NCBI GenBank assembly: GCA_017500825.1
Contig: JAFVYB010000024.1
Coordinates: 17,193 to 81,192, forward strand
Origin: Myxococcaceae bacterium
GTDB lineage: Bacteria > Myxococcota > Myxococcia > Myxococcales > UBA5297
Direction of reading: 5' to 3'
Length of the DNA: 64,000 nucleotides
Positions 29,971 through 39,547 of the stretch are shown here, one piece after another; position 1 is the stretch's first letter; each line of letters begins with the position of its first letter. The translations under genes were made by a program, and so were the position numbers. The notes beneath the pieces were generated by a model that saw nothing but the letters and a program-made list of their open reading frames with translations, ran no database searches and was not told the origin of the DNA.

Positions 29971-30957
29971 ATGTTCGACACCTCCCTCGCCGCGCTGCCG
30001 CTCTGGTTTTGGGCCGCCACCGCCTTCCTCATGGCCGCCTGCATCGGCAGCTTCCTCAACGTCGTCGTGGCCCGCGTGCCGCGCGAAGAGTCCATCGTCT
30101 GGCCGGGTTCGCACTGCTTCACCTGCGGCGCCCCCATCGCCGCGCGACACAACCTGCCGATCCTCTCCTGGTTCCTGCTGCGCGGGCGCTGTCACGACTG
30201 CAAGGCGCCCTTCTCCATCCGCTACGCCCTGGTCGAGCTGGCCTTTGCCTCCCTCTGCTGCCTGGCCATCGTCCGCCACGGAGGCCCGACGCTCGCCGCG
30301 TTCGAGGAATGCGCGCTTCTGGCCCTGCTCATCACGCTGGCCTGCATCGATCTCGACACCTGGCTCTTGCCGCACAGCGTGACCATCCCGGGCATCGCCA
30401 TCGGCCTCGCCTTTGCCCTGCCGCTCGGCTCGGACATCTTCCTCAACCGCCTTTTGGCCGCGGGCATCGGCTACGCGGTGCTCTTCGTCGGCGCGCTCAT
30501 CGGCGAACGGGTGCTCGGCAAGGAGGCGATGGGCGGCGGCGACTTTGTCCTCTTCGCCCTCATCGGCGCCTTCCTCGGAACGCGCGCGCTTTTGCCGGTC
30601 ATCTTCCTCGCCTCGCTTCAGGGGGCGGCCGTTGGCATCGCGCTGATTGCCCACAAACGCGCGGCAGGCCTTTCGACGGACGACGAAGACACCAACGACG
30701 GCGCGGACGGCGAATCGGCGGAAACCTCCACCAAAAACGAGACTGAAAACGCGGCGGAAACAGAGCAGGGCGCCGCGGCGATCGCGCTCACGCCTCAGGC
30801 AGAGCACAACCCGCTGAGCATCAGCGCCAAGATCCCCGACGACGGGTGGGAGCCCGATCCCCACGCCATCCCCTTCGGCCCCTTCCTCGCTCTGGGCGCG
30901 GCGGAGGTCCTCTACTTCTCCCGCCTGCCCGACATCCTCTTCCCCTGGATCCCCTAG
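29971..30957 (+). CDS. pilD: prepilin (type IV leader) peptidase/N-methyltransferase, A24 family, with C-terminal acidic insertion
   Basis: N-terminal Zn-binding tetracysteine domain (CFTCG...CHDC) and polytopic A24 core (GGGDFVLFALIGAFLG). Confidence 0.8.
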   Translation: MFDTSLAALPLWFWAATAFLMAACIGSFLNVVVARVPREESIVWPGSHCFTCGAPIAARHNLPILSWFLLRGRCHDCKAPFSIRYALVELAFASLCCLAIVRHGGPTLAAFEECALLALLITLACIDLDTWLLPHSVTIPGIAIGLAFALPLGSDIFLNRLLAAGIGYAVLFVGALIGERVLGKEAMGGGDFVLFALIGAFLGTRALLPVIFLASLQGAAVGIALIAHKRAAGLSTDDEDTNDGADGESAETSTKNETENAAETEQGAAAIALTPQAEHNPLSISAKIPDDGWEPDPHAIPFGPFLALGAAEVLYFSRLPDILFPWIP

Positions 30958-31002
30958 GCCCGGCGGCCAACGCCGCCAGACGACCCGCTCCGAAAGGCCC
31001 CC

Positions 31003-31704
31003 ATGCCCTCCCAGTTCGCAATCACCTACCGCTTCCACCTCTCCGAGGGCGCGCCCGTCGAATGCACCGTCTCGCTCGACCCACGCACGATGCGCATTCA
31101 AACGCCGCTGCCAGCCACGCTCCCCGCCTGGACCGCCCTCGGCTACGAGCGCTGCCCCAACTGCACGCTCGACAGCGACGAACACCCCTGCTGCCCGACC
31201 GCCGCCCACATCGTCGCCCCCATCAAGCTCTTCTCGCAGATCCCCTCGTTCGCCCAGGCGCGCGTCGAGTGCGTGACCGCCGAGCGCACGAGCTTCAAGG
31301 ACTGCACGGTGGCCGAGGGCCTCAGCTCGCTCTACGGCATCTACATGACGGGCAGCGGCTGTCCGGTCCTCAAAGTGCTGCGCCCCCTGGTCCGCTACCA
31401 CCTGCCCTTCGCCACGCGCGACGAGACGGTCTACCGCGCGGCGTCGCTCTGGCTGCTCGGCCAATACCTTCGCGAGTTCAACGAGAACGAGACGATCGAC
31501 TTTTCGCTGCGCAAGCTCTCGGCGCACTACCGAGAAATCGGCGAGGTCAACGCTGCCTTCGCGCGCCGCATCCAGTCAGCGGTGGCCCTCGACGCCAGCC
31601 TCAACGCCATCGTTCAGCTCGACTACTTCGCCCAGTCGTCGACCAACTTCATCGAGAACGGGTTGAAGGATCTGCGCGCCATGTTCTCGGCCTGGCACGA
31701 CTGA
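31003..31704 (+). CDS. hypothetical protein (Cys-rich: CPNC...CC...C)
   Basis: No recognised family. Sits co-directionally between pilD and lpdA. Confidence 0.35.
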   Translation: MPSQFAITYRFHLSEGAPVECTVSLDPRTMRIQTPLPATLPAWTALGYERCPNCTLDSDEHPCCPTAAHIVAPIKLFSQIPSFAQARVECVTAERTSFKDCTVAEGLSSLYGIYMTGSGCPVLKVLRPLVRYHLPFATRDETVYRAASLWLLGQYLREFNENETIDFSLRKLSAHYREIGEVNAAFARRIQSAVALDASLNAIVQLDYFAQSSTNFIENGLKDLRAMFSAWHD

Positions 31705-31826
31705 GGCGCGTCCCGATTTCACGCGGTTGGCCGAGGGGCATTCGCCCGTTTGACGCGGATGTCGCGCGCCGAATTCGACGCATCGCGTGACTCATCGCGC
31801 GTTCAGATCGAACGAGGAGTGACTGA

Positions 31827-33230
31827 ATGGCTCAAGCATTTGACGTGGTGGTGGTTGGCGCTGGTCCCGGTGGCTATGTGGCGGCCCTGCGCGCGGCGCG
31901 AAACGGACTCAAGGTCGCGCTCGTCGAGAGGGAAAAACGCCTCGGTGGCACCTGCCTTTTGCGCGGTTGCATCCCGACCAAAACCCTCCTCGAAACGGCG
32001 CGCCGACTCGACGAAACGCGCCACGCCGCCGACTTCGGCATCGATCTTGTCCAGGCGCCCACCGCCGATCTCGCGCGCGTCGTCCGCCGAAAGGATCGCG
32101 TCGTCGCCAAGCTGGCCGCTGGCATCGCCGGGCTGTGCCGCCGGGCCTGTGTCACCGTGATTCAGGGCGCCGCCCGACTGACCTCGCCCCACGACCTCCG
32201 CGTGACCCTGTCCGACGGCGCCGAAGAGTCGATCACGGCCCGCCACATCATCCTCGCCACCGGTTCCTCGGTGCGCGACCTCGCGGGACTGACGCCAGAC
32301 CACCGACGCATCCTCACCAGCGACTCGGCCCTCGCGCTCACCTCGCTGCCGCCAAAACTCCTCGTCCTCGGATCGGGCGCCGTTGGTTCCGAATTCGCCT
32401 CGCTCTTCCGAAGCCTGGGATCCGAAGTCACCGTCGTCGAGCTCATGGAGCGCCTGCTGCCGCTGGAGGACGAAGAGGTCTCGCGTGAAATCGAACGCGC
32501 CTTCCGCCGTCGCGGCATCGACTGCCTCACCTCGACGCGTCTCGAATCAGCCGAGCTCACCGATTCGGGCGTGCGCGCGCGCCTGCGCACCGGGGATGAA
32601 GACAGGACCATCGACGTCGACGCCCTGCTCGTCGCCATCGGCCGCGCCCCCAATTCCAGCGACCTGGGACTCGAATCGATCGGCATCACGCCCGACGCGC
32701 GCGGCCTCATTCCAGTCGACGCGTCCATGCGGACCCAGGCGCCGAGCGTCTTCGCCATCGGCGATCTCGTCGACTCGCCAGCACTGGCCCATGTGGCCTC
32801 GCACGAAGGTCGCATCGCCGCCGACGCCATCGCCGGCAAACCCACGCGCCCCCTCGATCGCGATCGCGTTCCAAGCGCCGTCTACACCTGCCCAGAGGTC
32901 GCCTCTATCGGCCTGACCGAAGCCGTGGCCCACTCGCGCGGCATCGGCACCCGCGTCGGCAAATTCCCCTTCGCCGCCAGCGGCAAGGCCAGCGTCCAGG
33001 GCGAGAGCGCGGGCTTTGTCAAACTCGTCGCCGACGAGAGGAACGGACGCCTCCTCGGCGCGCAAATCGTCGGGCCGCACGCCACCGAACTCATCGGCGA
33101 GATGTGCGCGGCACTGACCACCGGCGCGACGCTGGACGCCATCGCCGAGACCATCCACCCGCACCCCACGCTGAGCGAAACCGTCGCCGAGGCCGCGCTC
33201 GTCGCCTTGGGAACGCCACTGCACATCTGA
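31827..33230 (+). CDS. lpdA: dihydrolipoyl dehydrogenase
   Basis: VVVVGAGPGGYVAALRAA FAD motif, redox-active GGTCLLRGCIPTK, 467 aa. Confidence 0.9.
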   Translation: MAQAFDVVVVGAGPGGYVAALRAARNGLKVALVEREKRLGGTCLLRGCIPTKTLLETARRLDETRHAADFGIDLVQAPTADLARVVRRKDRVVAKLAAGIAGLCRRACVTVIQGAARLTSPHDLRVTLSDGAEESITARHIILATGSSVRDLAGLTPDHRRILTSDSALALTSLPPKLLVLGSGAVGSEFASLFRSLGSEVTVVELMERLLPLEDEEVSREIERAFRRRGIDCLTSTRLESAELTDSGVRARLRTGDEDRTIDVDALLVAIGRAPNSSDLGLESIGITPDARGLIPVDASMRTQAPSVFAIGDLVDSPALAHVASHEGRIAADAIAGKPTRPLDRDRVPSAVYTCPEVASIGLTEAVAHSRGIGTRVGKFPFAASGKASVQGESAGFVKLVADERNGRLLGAQIVGPHATELIGEMCAALTTGATLDAIAETIHPHPTLSETVAEAALVALGTPLHI

Positions 33231-33258
33231 ACGTGGCGCCGTGAGCGCGCGGGCGCGA

Positions 33259-33684
33259 CTAGGCCCTTGGTCCCACGAGCTCGATGCCGAGCCGCTGCGC
33301 GATCTCGAAGATGCGGCTGTCCCGATAGAACTCGCCAAAGACGATGCGCCTGAGCCCGGCGTTGGCGATCAGCTTGAAGCAGGGCCAGCAGGGACTGGCG
33401 GTGATGTAGATGTCGCCGCCCTCGATGGAGACGCCGTTTTTGGCCGCCTGGATGATCGCGTTGGCCTCGGCGTGAATGGTGGCGACGCAGTGGCCGTCCT
33501 CCATCATGTGGCCCACCTCGTCGCAGTGCGGCAGGCCGCGAATCGAGCCGTTGTAGCCAGTCGAGAGGATGGTGCGGTCGCGGACGATGACGGCGCCGAC
33601 GTGCTTGCGATCGCAGGTCGCGCGTGAGGCCACCACCTCGGCGATGCGCATGAAATAGTCGTCCCAATTCCTGTCGCTCTGCAT
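33259..33684 (-). CDS. dCMP deaminase / cytidine-deoxycytidylate deaminase family protein
   Basis: HAEANAI and PCWPCFKL zinc-binding motifs. ATG at 33684 gives 141 aa; the ORF-track N-terminal extension is rejected. Confidence 0.8.
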   Translation of the reverse strand: MQSDRNWDDYFMRIAEVVASRATCDRKHVGAVIVRDRTILSTGYNGSIRGLPHCDEVGHMMEDGHCVATIHAEANAIIQAAKNGVSIEGGDIYITASPCWPCFKLIANAGLRRIVFGEFYRDSRIFEIAQRLGIELVGPRA

Positions 33685-33836
33685 CGCTTCGCTCCCGAAG
33701 ATGGCGACTCGATGGGGGGGCGAGCCGCTCGGCGCCAGAGGCCTTAGCTTGGCGGGTGAAGAGGGCCGCGCGTGAAAGCGCATTTCGCCTGGTCGGTAAA
33801 GGCCGCGCGGCAGAGCGATTCGGGAAGGGGGAAGCG

Positions 33837-34217
33837 ATGGGCTGGGCGCTGGTGGCCGTTCTCGTGTTTGTCGCGGCCGACGCTGTCGACGCGGGGACGT
33901 GGCGCGAGATCACGGGGACGATTCGGCGGATCGATCACCAGAAGAAGGTGATCGCCATCGATGTGGCGCGCGAGGAACCGCTCGTCCTCCAGGTCGATCC
34001 GGCGACGACCATTCTCATCGACGGCCAAATCTCGGCGCTCGATGAACTGACGCGGGGCAGCCAGGCGCGGGCGTCTTTTCGCGAGGGGAAGTCACAGTGC
34101 CGCGCGCAGTGGATCGAGGTCCAGCGCGAGCGAACAGAGCGGGAACCGCCGAGCGACCCGCGCGCCAAATCGCCACTGCCCCGACCCGCCAACGATCAGC
34201 CCAGGCCCGCGCGCTGA
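33837..34217 (+). CDS. small secreted hypothetical protein
   Basis: MGWALVAVLVFVAADAVDA signal peptide, GGGGA upstream, 126 aa. Confidence 0.4.
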   Translation: MGWALVAVLVFVAADAVDAGTWREITGTIRRIDHQKKVIAIDVAREEPLVLQVDPATTILIDGQISALDELTRGSQARASFREGKSQCRAQWIEVQRERTEREPPSDPRAKSPLPRPANDQPRPAR

Positions 34218-34235
34218 CATCGACGGGCCATCGCC

Positions 34236-35612
34236 TCACGGCGCCGCAGGTGTTCCAGGCGTCTTGGCCGCAGCGTTCGCCGACTCTTCGCCTGCGCTCG
34301 CTGGCGACGCCGCCACCAGTCGCGCCTCCGCCAAAGAGATCGTCGCCGCCAGATGCCGTCCCGAAGGCCAGCTCGACCACTCGTCGGGCAGGATTCGATC
34401 GAGGAGCACGCGCCGATCCAAACGGATGATCAGCCGAACCTGCGGAGCGATGTCGGCACGCGCGCGATCGATCCAGATCTCGATGGCGCCGGACGTGTCC
34501 GCCGGAATGACCGCGCGCGAGGTGTAGCCATCCGACGAAAGCGCGCACCACGGACGCGGCGAAGCGAACGCGCAAGTTTCGACACCGCTGGCCGAGGGCG
34601 AAGTGGCTTCCCGGCGACGCGTGACACTGAGCGAGAGCCCGCGCGCCCCCTCTGGCTCCTCCTCGACGAGCTCGATCTCGTAGTCGGGCACACCGGCGCT
34701 GAAATCGATCTGGCGGCGGCTCGTCAGACCATCGACGCGGGAAGCGGTCACTCCCAGGCGGAACAGGCCCTCGGCGCGGATGGGCAGGCGAACCTGGAGA
34801 TCGTCGACGCGTTCCATGGCGCCCTTCACGGAGGCGACGTTCATTTGCTCGATTTCATTTTTAGACGGCCGTGCAGAAACGTTGTCGGACACGGCCTCCC
34901 GATCGTTTTTAGACGGCTGTGCAGGAATGTTTTCGGGCGAGGCCAACAGCTCGAAATCAATCCGCGCTCCCGGCTCGCTCTGCGCCGCGCAGATCACCGA
35001 GTCACCGACGCGCGGCAGGGGCATCAGGCCCTCGTTCTGGTAGGGCGCGACCGGATGTTCGACGCGGCAGCTCAGCTCAAGCGCGGGCGGGTTGAGGCAG
35101 CTCTGGGCGCGATTCTGGCGCACGGCAAAGCGCACCTCGCCCTGATGTCGCGGCACGGCGACGAGGGCGGCGGGATAGGTCGCCCCTGGCGGAAACGGGC
35201 AACCCGACGCGGGCAGGCGCTCCTCGACGGCGACGTGGAGCGTGTCCTTCTCCCTGGTGATCCGCTCAAAGGCGATGGCGTGCCCGATCGATGGCCGCTC
35301 TCCGGAAAAGGCGACGAGGATCATCTCGCGCGAAAAATCGATGGTCGGGACCGGGATCGAGGCGGGCCACAGCGAGAGCCACTCAGCGCGCGTGCGAATG
35401 ACATGAAAGCCGCGTTTGCGCGCGCCCGGATGATTGGAAAAAGCGCGAGAGGGCCGCACGGCGACGGCCGGCAGACTCAGACGGCGCGACGACGCATCGA
35501 CGACGCGAATCTGATTGGGCGCTGGACAGCCCGTGACGAGAAACGCGGCGAGGGCGAGCGACAGGGGGATCGCGCCCAGTCTGCGACGCCGAAAAAAAGG
35601 AGGGTGGGTCAT
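34236..35612 (-). CDS. hypothetical lipoprotein containing an internal 15-aa tandem repeat
   Basis: MTHPPFFRRRRLGAIPLSLALAAFLVTGC is a lipoprotein signal peptide. Internal AQPSKNDREAVSDNV / ARPSKNEIEQMNVAS repeat is encoded by a tandem 45-bp DNA repeat of lower GC. Confidence 0.5.
   Translation of the reverse strand: MTHPPFFRRRRLGAIPLSLALAAFLVTGCPAPNQIRVVDASSRRLSLPAVAVRPSRAFSNHPGARKRGFHVIRTRAEWLSLWPASIPVPTIDFSREMILVAFSGERPSIGHAIAFERITREKDTLHVAVEERLPASGCPFPPGATYPAALVAVPRHQGEVRFAVRQNRAQSCLNPPALELSCRVEHPVAPYQNEGLMPLPRVGDSVICAAQSEPGARIDFELLASPENIPAQPSKNDREAVSDNVSARPSKNEIEQMNVASVKGAMERVDDLQVRLPIRAEGLFRLGVTASRVDGLTSRRQIDFSAGVPDYEIELVEEEPEGARGLSLSVTRRREATSPSASGVETCAFASPRPWCALSSDGYTSRAVIPADTSGAIEIWIDRARADIAPQVRLIIRLDRRVLLDRILPDEWSSWPSGRHLAATISLAEARLVAASPASAGEESANAAAKTPGTPAAP
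34857..34945. repeat. tandem ~45-bp direct repeat (x2) inside the lipoprotein gene carrying the box GCCGTCTAAAAA(C)
   Basis: tttttagacggccgtgcagaaacgttgtcggacacggcc / tttttagacggctgtgcaggaatgttttcgggcgaggcc. Its reverse complement matches the 13-mer at 10566 exactly. Confidence 0.7.
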
Positions 35613-35947
35613 CGTTCGCGGACGGCGCGCCAAAAAAGAAAAGCCCGGCTCGCTGGAGTCGGGCTTTCCGAGTGGGGTGGTCGAACACACGAGAGGTTTC
35701 GCTACCGTTGCTTCCTTCCGGACCTGGCGGGGTTCACGGCCCCCCGTTGCCCGACCATAAACGCGATGAGAGGCGCCCAGTCGCCAAGGCGCCTCAAAAA
35801 CGGCGCGGCCCTCTAGCAGGGCGATCCCGGTGCGCCAAGGCTTTTTTGGCCCCCCAAATGGGCCTCTTGACAGGCCTGAAATCGACGTTCCCGCCCCCCG
35901 GAAAGCGGCTTGCGGCGCCTCCCCCCCAGCCCTAAAGCGCGCGCGCC

Positions 35948-36778
35948 ATGAACTACCTGCAAGCCGTCGTCCTCGGGCTCGTCCAGGGATTGACCGAGTT
36001 TCTGCCCATCAGCTCGACCGCCCACCTGCGCATCGTTCCGGCGCTCTTTGGCTGGCGCGATCCGGGGTCGGCCTTCTCGGCGATCATCCAGATCGGCACC
36101 ACCGCCGCCGTCATCGCCTACTTCGCGCGCGACCTCTGGGCGATCCTGCGCGACAGCGTGCTCGGCCTCGTCCACCGCAAACCCTTCGAGACGGCCAACG
36201 CGCGCCTCGGCTGGTTCATCGTCCTCGGCACCATCCCCATCGGCGTGGCTGGGCTCGCGCTCAAGGACTTCATCGAAGGCCCCTTTCGCTCGCTCTACGT
36301 CATCGCCGCCGCCGCCATTGGACTGGCGCTCCTTCTGCTCCTCGCGGAACGACGCGCGCGCCACGACCGCCCCATCGACGCGCTTCGGCTGCGCGACGCG
36401 ATCCTCATCGGTGTTGCCCAGGCGTTCGCGCTCATCCCGGGCGCCTCGCGTTCGGGCGTGACACTGACCGCCGGACTCTTTGCCGGACTCACGCGCGAAG
36501 CCGCCGCCCGCTACTCGTTCCTGCTCTCGGTTCCCGCCACCCTGGCCGCTGGCCTCTTCGAACTGCGCCACCTCATGGGCGACACCCCGGCGCTGGACGC
36601 AGGCCCTCTGGCCGTGGGCACGATTTCCGCCTTTGTCTTCGGACTGGCCGCCATCGCCTGGATGCTGAAATTCCTGCGCACGCACACGACGAAGGCCTTC
36701 ATCGCCTACCGCGTCGCCCTTGGCGTCCTCATCCTGGCGCTCGTCGGCGCGGGCGTCGTCTCGCCCTTCGAGAGCTGA
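35948..36778 (+). CDS. uppP: undecaprenyl-diphosphate phosphatase
   Basis: MNYLQAVVLGLVQGLTEFLPISSTAHL..., 8 TM helices, second PGxSRSGxT-like motif. Confidence 0.9.
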   Translation: MNYLQAVVLGLVQGLTEFLPISSTAHLRIVPALFGWRDPGSAFSAIIQIGTTAAVIAYFARDLWAILRDSVLGLVHRKPFETANARLGWFIVLGTIPIGVAGLALKDFIEGPFRSLYVIAAAAIGLALLLLLAERRARHDRPIDALRLRDAILIGVAQAFALIPGASRSGVTLTAGLFAGLTREAAARYSFLLSVPATLAAGLFELRHLMGDTPALDAGPLAVGTISAFVFGLAAIAWMLKFLRTHTTKAFIAYRVALGVLILALVGAGVVSPFES

Positions 36779-36799
36779 AAACGCCCGTCGCGCCTCGTC

Positions 36800-38101
36800 T
36801 CAATCTGCCGCGAGCAAGGCCTCGACGCGCTCCCGCCAGCCCGGGCCGTGAATGACGCGGCCGATAAAGGCGGATCGAAGCGCCGACAGCGCGGGCACAT
36901 GGCGCAGCGCGAGTCGCAAAGTCTGATGGCGTGGCTGCCGAATCGCCTCGTCGCTCAGGTGGATGGGCGAGCGGCGAAATCCCAGGGCGACGAGATCTCG
37001 GGCCACCTCGATCACCCGCGTTCGCGCCAAGGCGGCGAGCTCGTCGAAAGGCAGCGACGCGTAGCGGGCGCGGGCGGCGATGCGGAAGAGATACGTCGCG
37101 CGGCCCGTGCGGCTGGCGACCTCGACGGCGATGGCATTGCCGGGCAGCGTTCGGTCGGCGGCGGCGATGGGAAAGAGGAAAAACGCGAGGTGATCCCCGA
37201 GGTGGACGCGCCCCGCGGCCAGATCTGTGTCGTCGTCATCACCACCGTCGGTGTCGAGGTTGAACAGGCCGTGAACCTCCTTGAAGGCCAGCGCCTGTTC
37301 GCCAGCGAGTGAGCGCGAATCGAGGAAGCGCACCGAATCCACGAGCTCTGGCGCCAGGACCGCCTGTGTCAGTCGGTCGAAGAGGCCTGGAACGACGCCG
37401 TCGATGTCGCGCCTGATCGCGGGAACGCCATCGGGGAGCAGGGCCGCGAGCTGTCGCGTCTGTCCAAAAGAAAGCCCGGGCGCGAGGGAGCCGAGCGCGT
37501 CGCCAACACGACCGCGCAACTGGGAGAGGCGTTCCTCCAGGAGCGAGAAAAAAGCCTGTGTGGCCCGTCCCAGCTTGCCGACGCTCACCCGCCCGCCATC
37601 GCGCAGCTCAAGATCAACGGCGTAGCGGTCCTCGTTGAACGACGCGCGCGCCACCTCGCCGAGAGCGATGGCAAAGGGCACGTGCTCGCGCGGAAAGGCG
37701 GACAGTCGCGTTCGATACAGGCGCACTTCGGCCGCACCGGATATATCCGCCGCCTTCACCCATCCCTCAAAGCGCTCGCCGCCCTCGGCCTCGTCCAAAA
37801 ACAGCGCCCTGTTCTGAAAATCGCGCAGCCGCTCGGAGAGAAGTCCAAACGCCTCGTCAAAGCGCCGCCCCAACATCGAGAACTCCAGGCGCGTGCCGCC
37901 TTCGAGCGCGAGGCCAAAGCGCAATTCGTCCGGCAAGAGGAAGTCGACCTCGGCAAAGTCGACCGTCGAAGGCGCGCCCGACGCAGGCTGGATGCCAACA
38001 GCGTCCCCGCAGATCTCGAAGGTGGCCTGAAATCGTTCACACTCGCGGCCATCGGCGGTGAGCAGGCGGAGGCGGGCATCGAAGGGCACGCGGGCGGTCA
38101 T
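36800..38101 (-). CDS. hypothetical protein
   Basis: ATG at 38101 preceded by AAGGAG. No recognised domain. Confidence 0.4.
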   Translation of the reverse strand: MTARVPFDARLRLLTADGRECERFQATFEICGDAVGIQPASGAPSTVDFAEVDFLLPDELRFGLALEGGTRLEFSMLGRRFDEAFGLLSERLRDFQNRALFLDEAEGGERFEGWVKAADISGAAEVRLYRTRLSAFPREHVPFAIALGEVARASFNEDRYAVDLELRDGGRVSVGKLGRATQAFFSLLEERLSQLRGRVGDALGSLAPGLSFGQTRQLAALLPDGVPAIRRDIDGVVPGLFDRLTQAVLAPELVDSVRFLDSRSLAGEQALAFKEVHGLFNLDTDGGDDDDTDLAAGRVHLGDHLAFFLFPIAAADRTLPGNAIAVEVASRTGRATYLFRIAARARYASLPFDELAALARTRVIEVARDLVALGFRRSPIHLSDEAIRQPRHQTLRLALRHVPALSALRSAFIGRVIHGPGWRERVEALLAAD

Positions 38102-38206
38102 GGCGGGACTCCTTGGACAAGGCAGGGGCACAAAAAAGCCCCGGCAGTGGGAGCGCCGGGGCGGGGTGAAGGGTCAAAGGTCAAGTCGGACGCGCGACAG
38201 GACGCC

Positions 38207-38776
38207 TCAGAGCTTGGCTTCCGCGTCGAGGACGAGGCTGACGAGCGGGGTGAGCTCGCGGCCTGCCAGGTCGGTGACGAGCACGGTGAACCAATTGTTC
38301 TTCTTCCACAGCACGACGTTGAAGCCGTTCATGTTGGCGACGCGCAGCTCGCGGTTGAGGGCGCGCATCGTGCCCATCGTGCTCGGGTCAAACGACTTGT
38401 TCACCGGGACGAGGAAGATGCTGAAGCGCCGGTTCTCGTCGACATCCATTCGGTAGAGCGTCGTCGAGACCTTGTGCGGGCCGATCGTCGAGATGGCCGT
38501 TCCCACCGTGTTGGCGCGCGGCAGGAGATTCAGCGTCGGGCGCTCGGGCGGGAAGTTCTCGTTGATCAACATCATCCCCAGCTGATCGGGCGGCGTCAGT
38601 TCGAGCATTCCCTCGATGGCGTTGGCGTGGATGGCCACGACCTGAGTCGGGATGTCGAAGGTCTCGATGCTGTTCGCGGCGACCTGCTGCTTGTGCTTCA
38701 GGATGATCTGATGACCGGCCAGGAGAAACGCCGCCAGGACGGCCAACCCAATGACGATTTTGAGGAACGATTTCAT
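38207..38776 (-). CDS. hypothetical membrane-anchored protein (single N-terminal TM helix)
   Basis: MKSFLKIVIGLAVLAAFLLAG then a soluble domain. ATG at 38776. Confidence 0.4.
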   Translation of the reverse strand: MKSFLKIVIGLAVLAAFLLAGHQIILKHKQQVAANSIETFDIPTQVVAIHANAIEGMLELTPPDQLGMMLINENFPPERPTLNLLPRANTVGTAISTIGPHKVSTTLYRMDVDENRRFSIFLVPVNKSFDPSTMGTMRALNRELRVANMNGFNVVLWKKNNWFTVLVTDLAGRELTPLVSLVLDAEAKL

Positions 38777-38944
38777 GGCGGCGGAAACAACTCGATGCAA
38801 TTTCGCTCGTCAAGGCGTCCTCGGGAGGCACTGGTCAGGCGTCCGATGAGAACGGCGGCGCCTCGCGTCCACGCCTTTCCCCGCTCTCTGCCCCGGCACG
38901 CTTTGTTCTGGATTTTTGCGGCCAGGCATCGCCTAGGCGCGGCC

Positions 38945-39529
38945 ATGAAATTCCAACGCCTCATCCTCGCTTCCGCCTCGCCCCGCCGACTGGCGCTCCT
39001 CACCCAGCTCGGCCTCTCGCCCATCGTCGAACCGCCCGCCATCGATGAGCGCCCGCTGCCCGGAGAAGACGCCCGTTCGCTCGCCGCGCGCCTGGCCCGC
39101 ATGAAGGGATCCGCCATCGCCGCGCGCGCCGCCCACCGAGACGCCGTTGTCCTGGCCGCCGACACCGTGGTCGCGCTCGACGGCGAACTGCTCGGCAAAC
39201 CATCCTCTCCCGAAGACGCCATGCGCATGCTGCGAACGCTCTCTGGCCGAACGCACAGCGTGATCAGCGGACTCTTCGTCGCCAGCCCGCGCCACATGGA
39301 AACGCTGGCCGTCGAGACGCGCGTCCGATTCCGCGCCCTGAGCGAGTCCCAAATCCGCTGGTACGCCGCCACCGACGAGCCGCTCGACAAGGCCGGCTCC
39401 TACGCCATCCAGGGCATCGGCGGCGCCTTCGTCGAATCGATCGAGGGCAGCCACTCCAACGTCATCGGCCTGCCGCTCGCCGAGGCATTGGCCGCGCTCG
39501 AACGCGCCGGACTCGTCCTGCCCTGGTGA
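38945..39529 (+). CDS. maf: Maf family nucleoside triphosphate pyrophosphatase (septum formation protein)
   Basis: LILASASPRR ... KAGSYAIQG, 194 aa. Confidence 0.85.
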   Translation: MKFQRLILASASPRRLALLTQLGLSPIVEPPAIDERPLPGEDARSLAARLARMKGSAIAARAAHRDAVVLAADTVVALDGELLGKPSSPEDAMRMLRTLSGRTHSVISGLFVASPRHMETLAVETRVRFRALSESQIRWYAATDEPLDKAGSYAIQGIGGAFVESIEGSHSNVIGLPLAEALAALERAGLVLPW

Positions 39530-39547
39530 ACGCCGCCGCGGCCAGAC

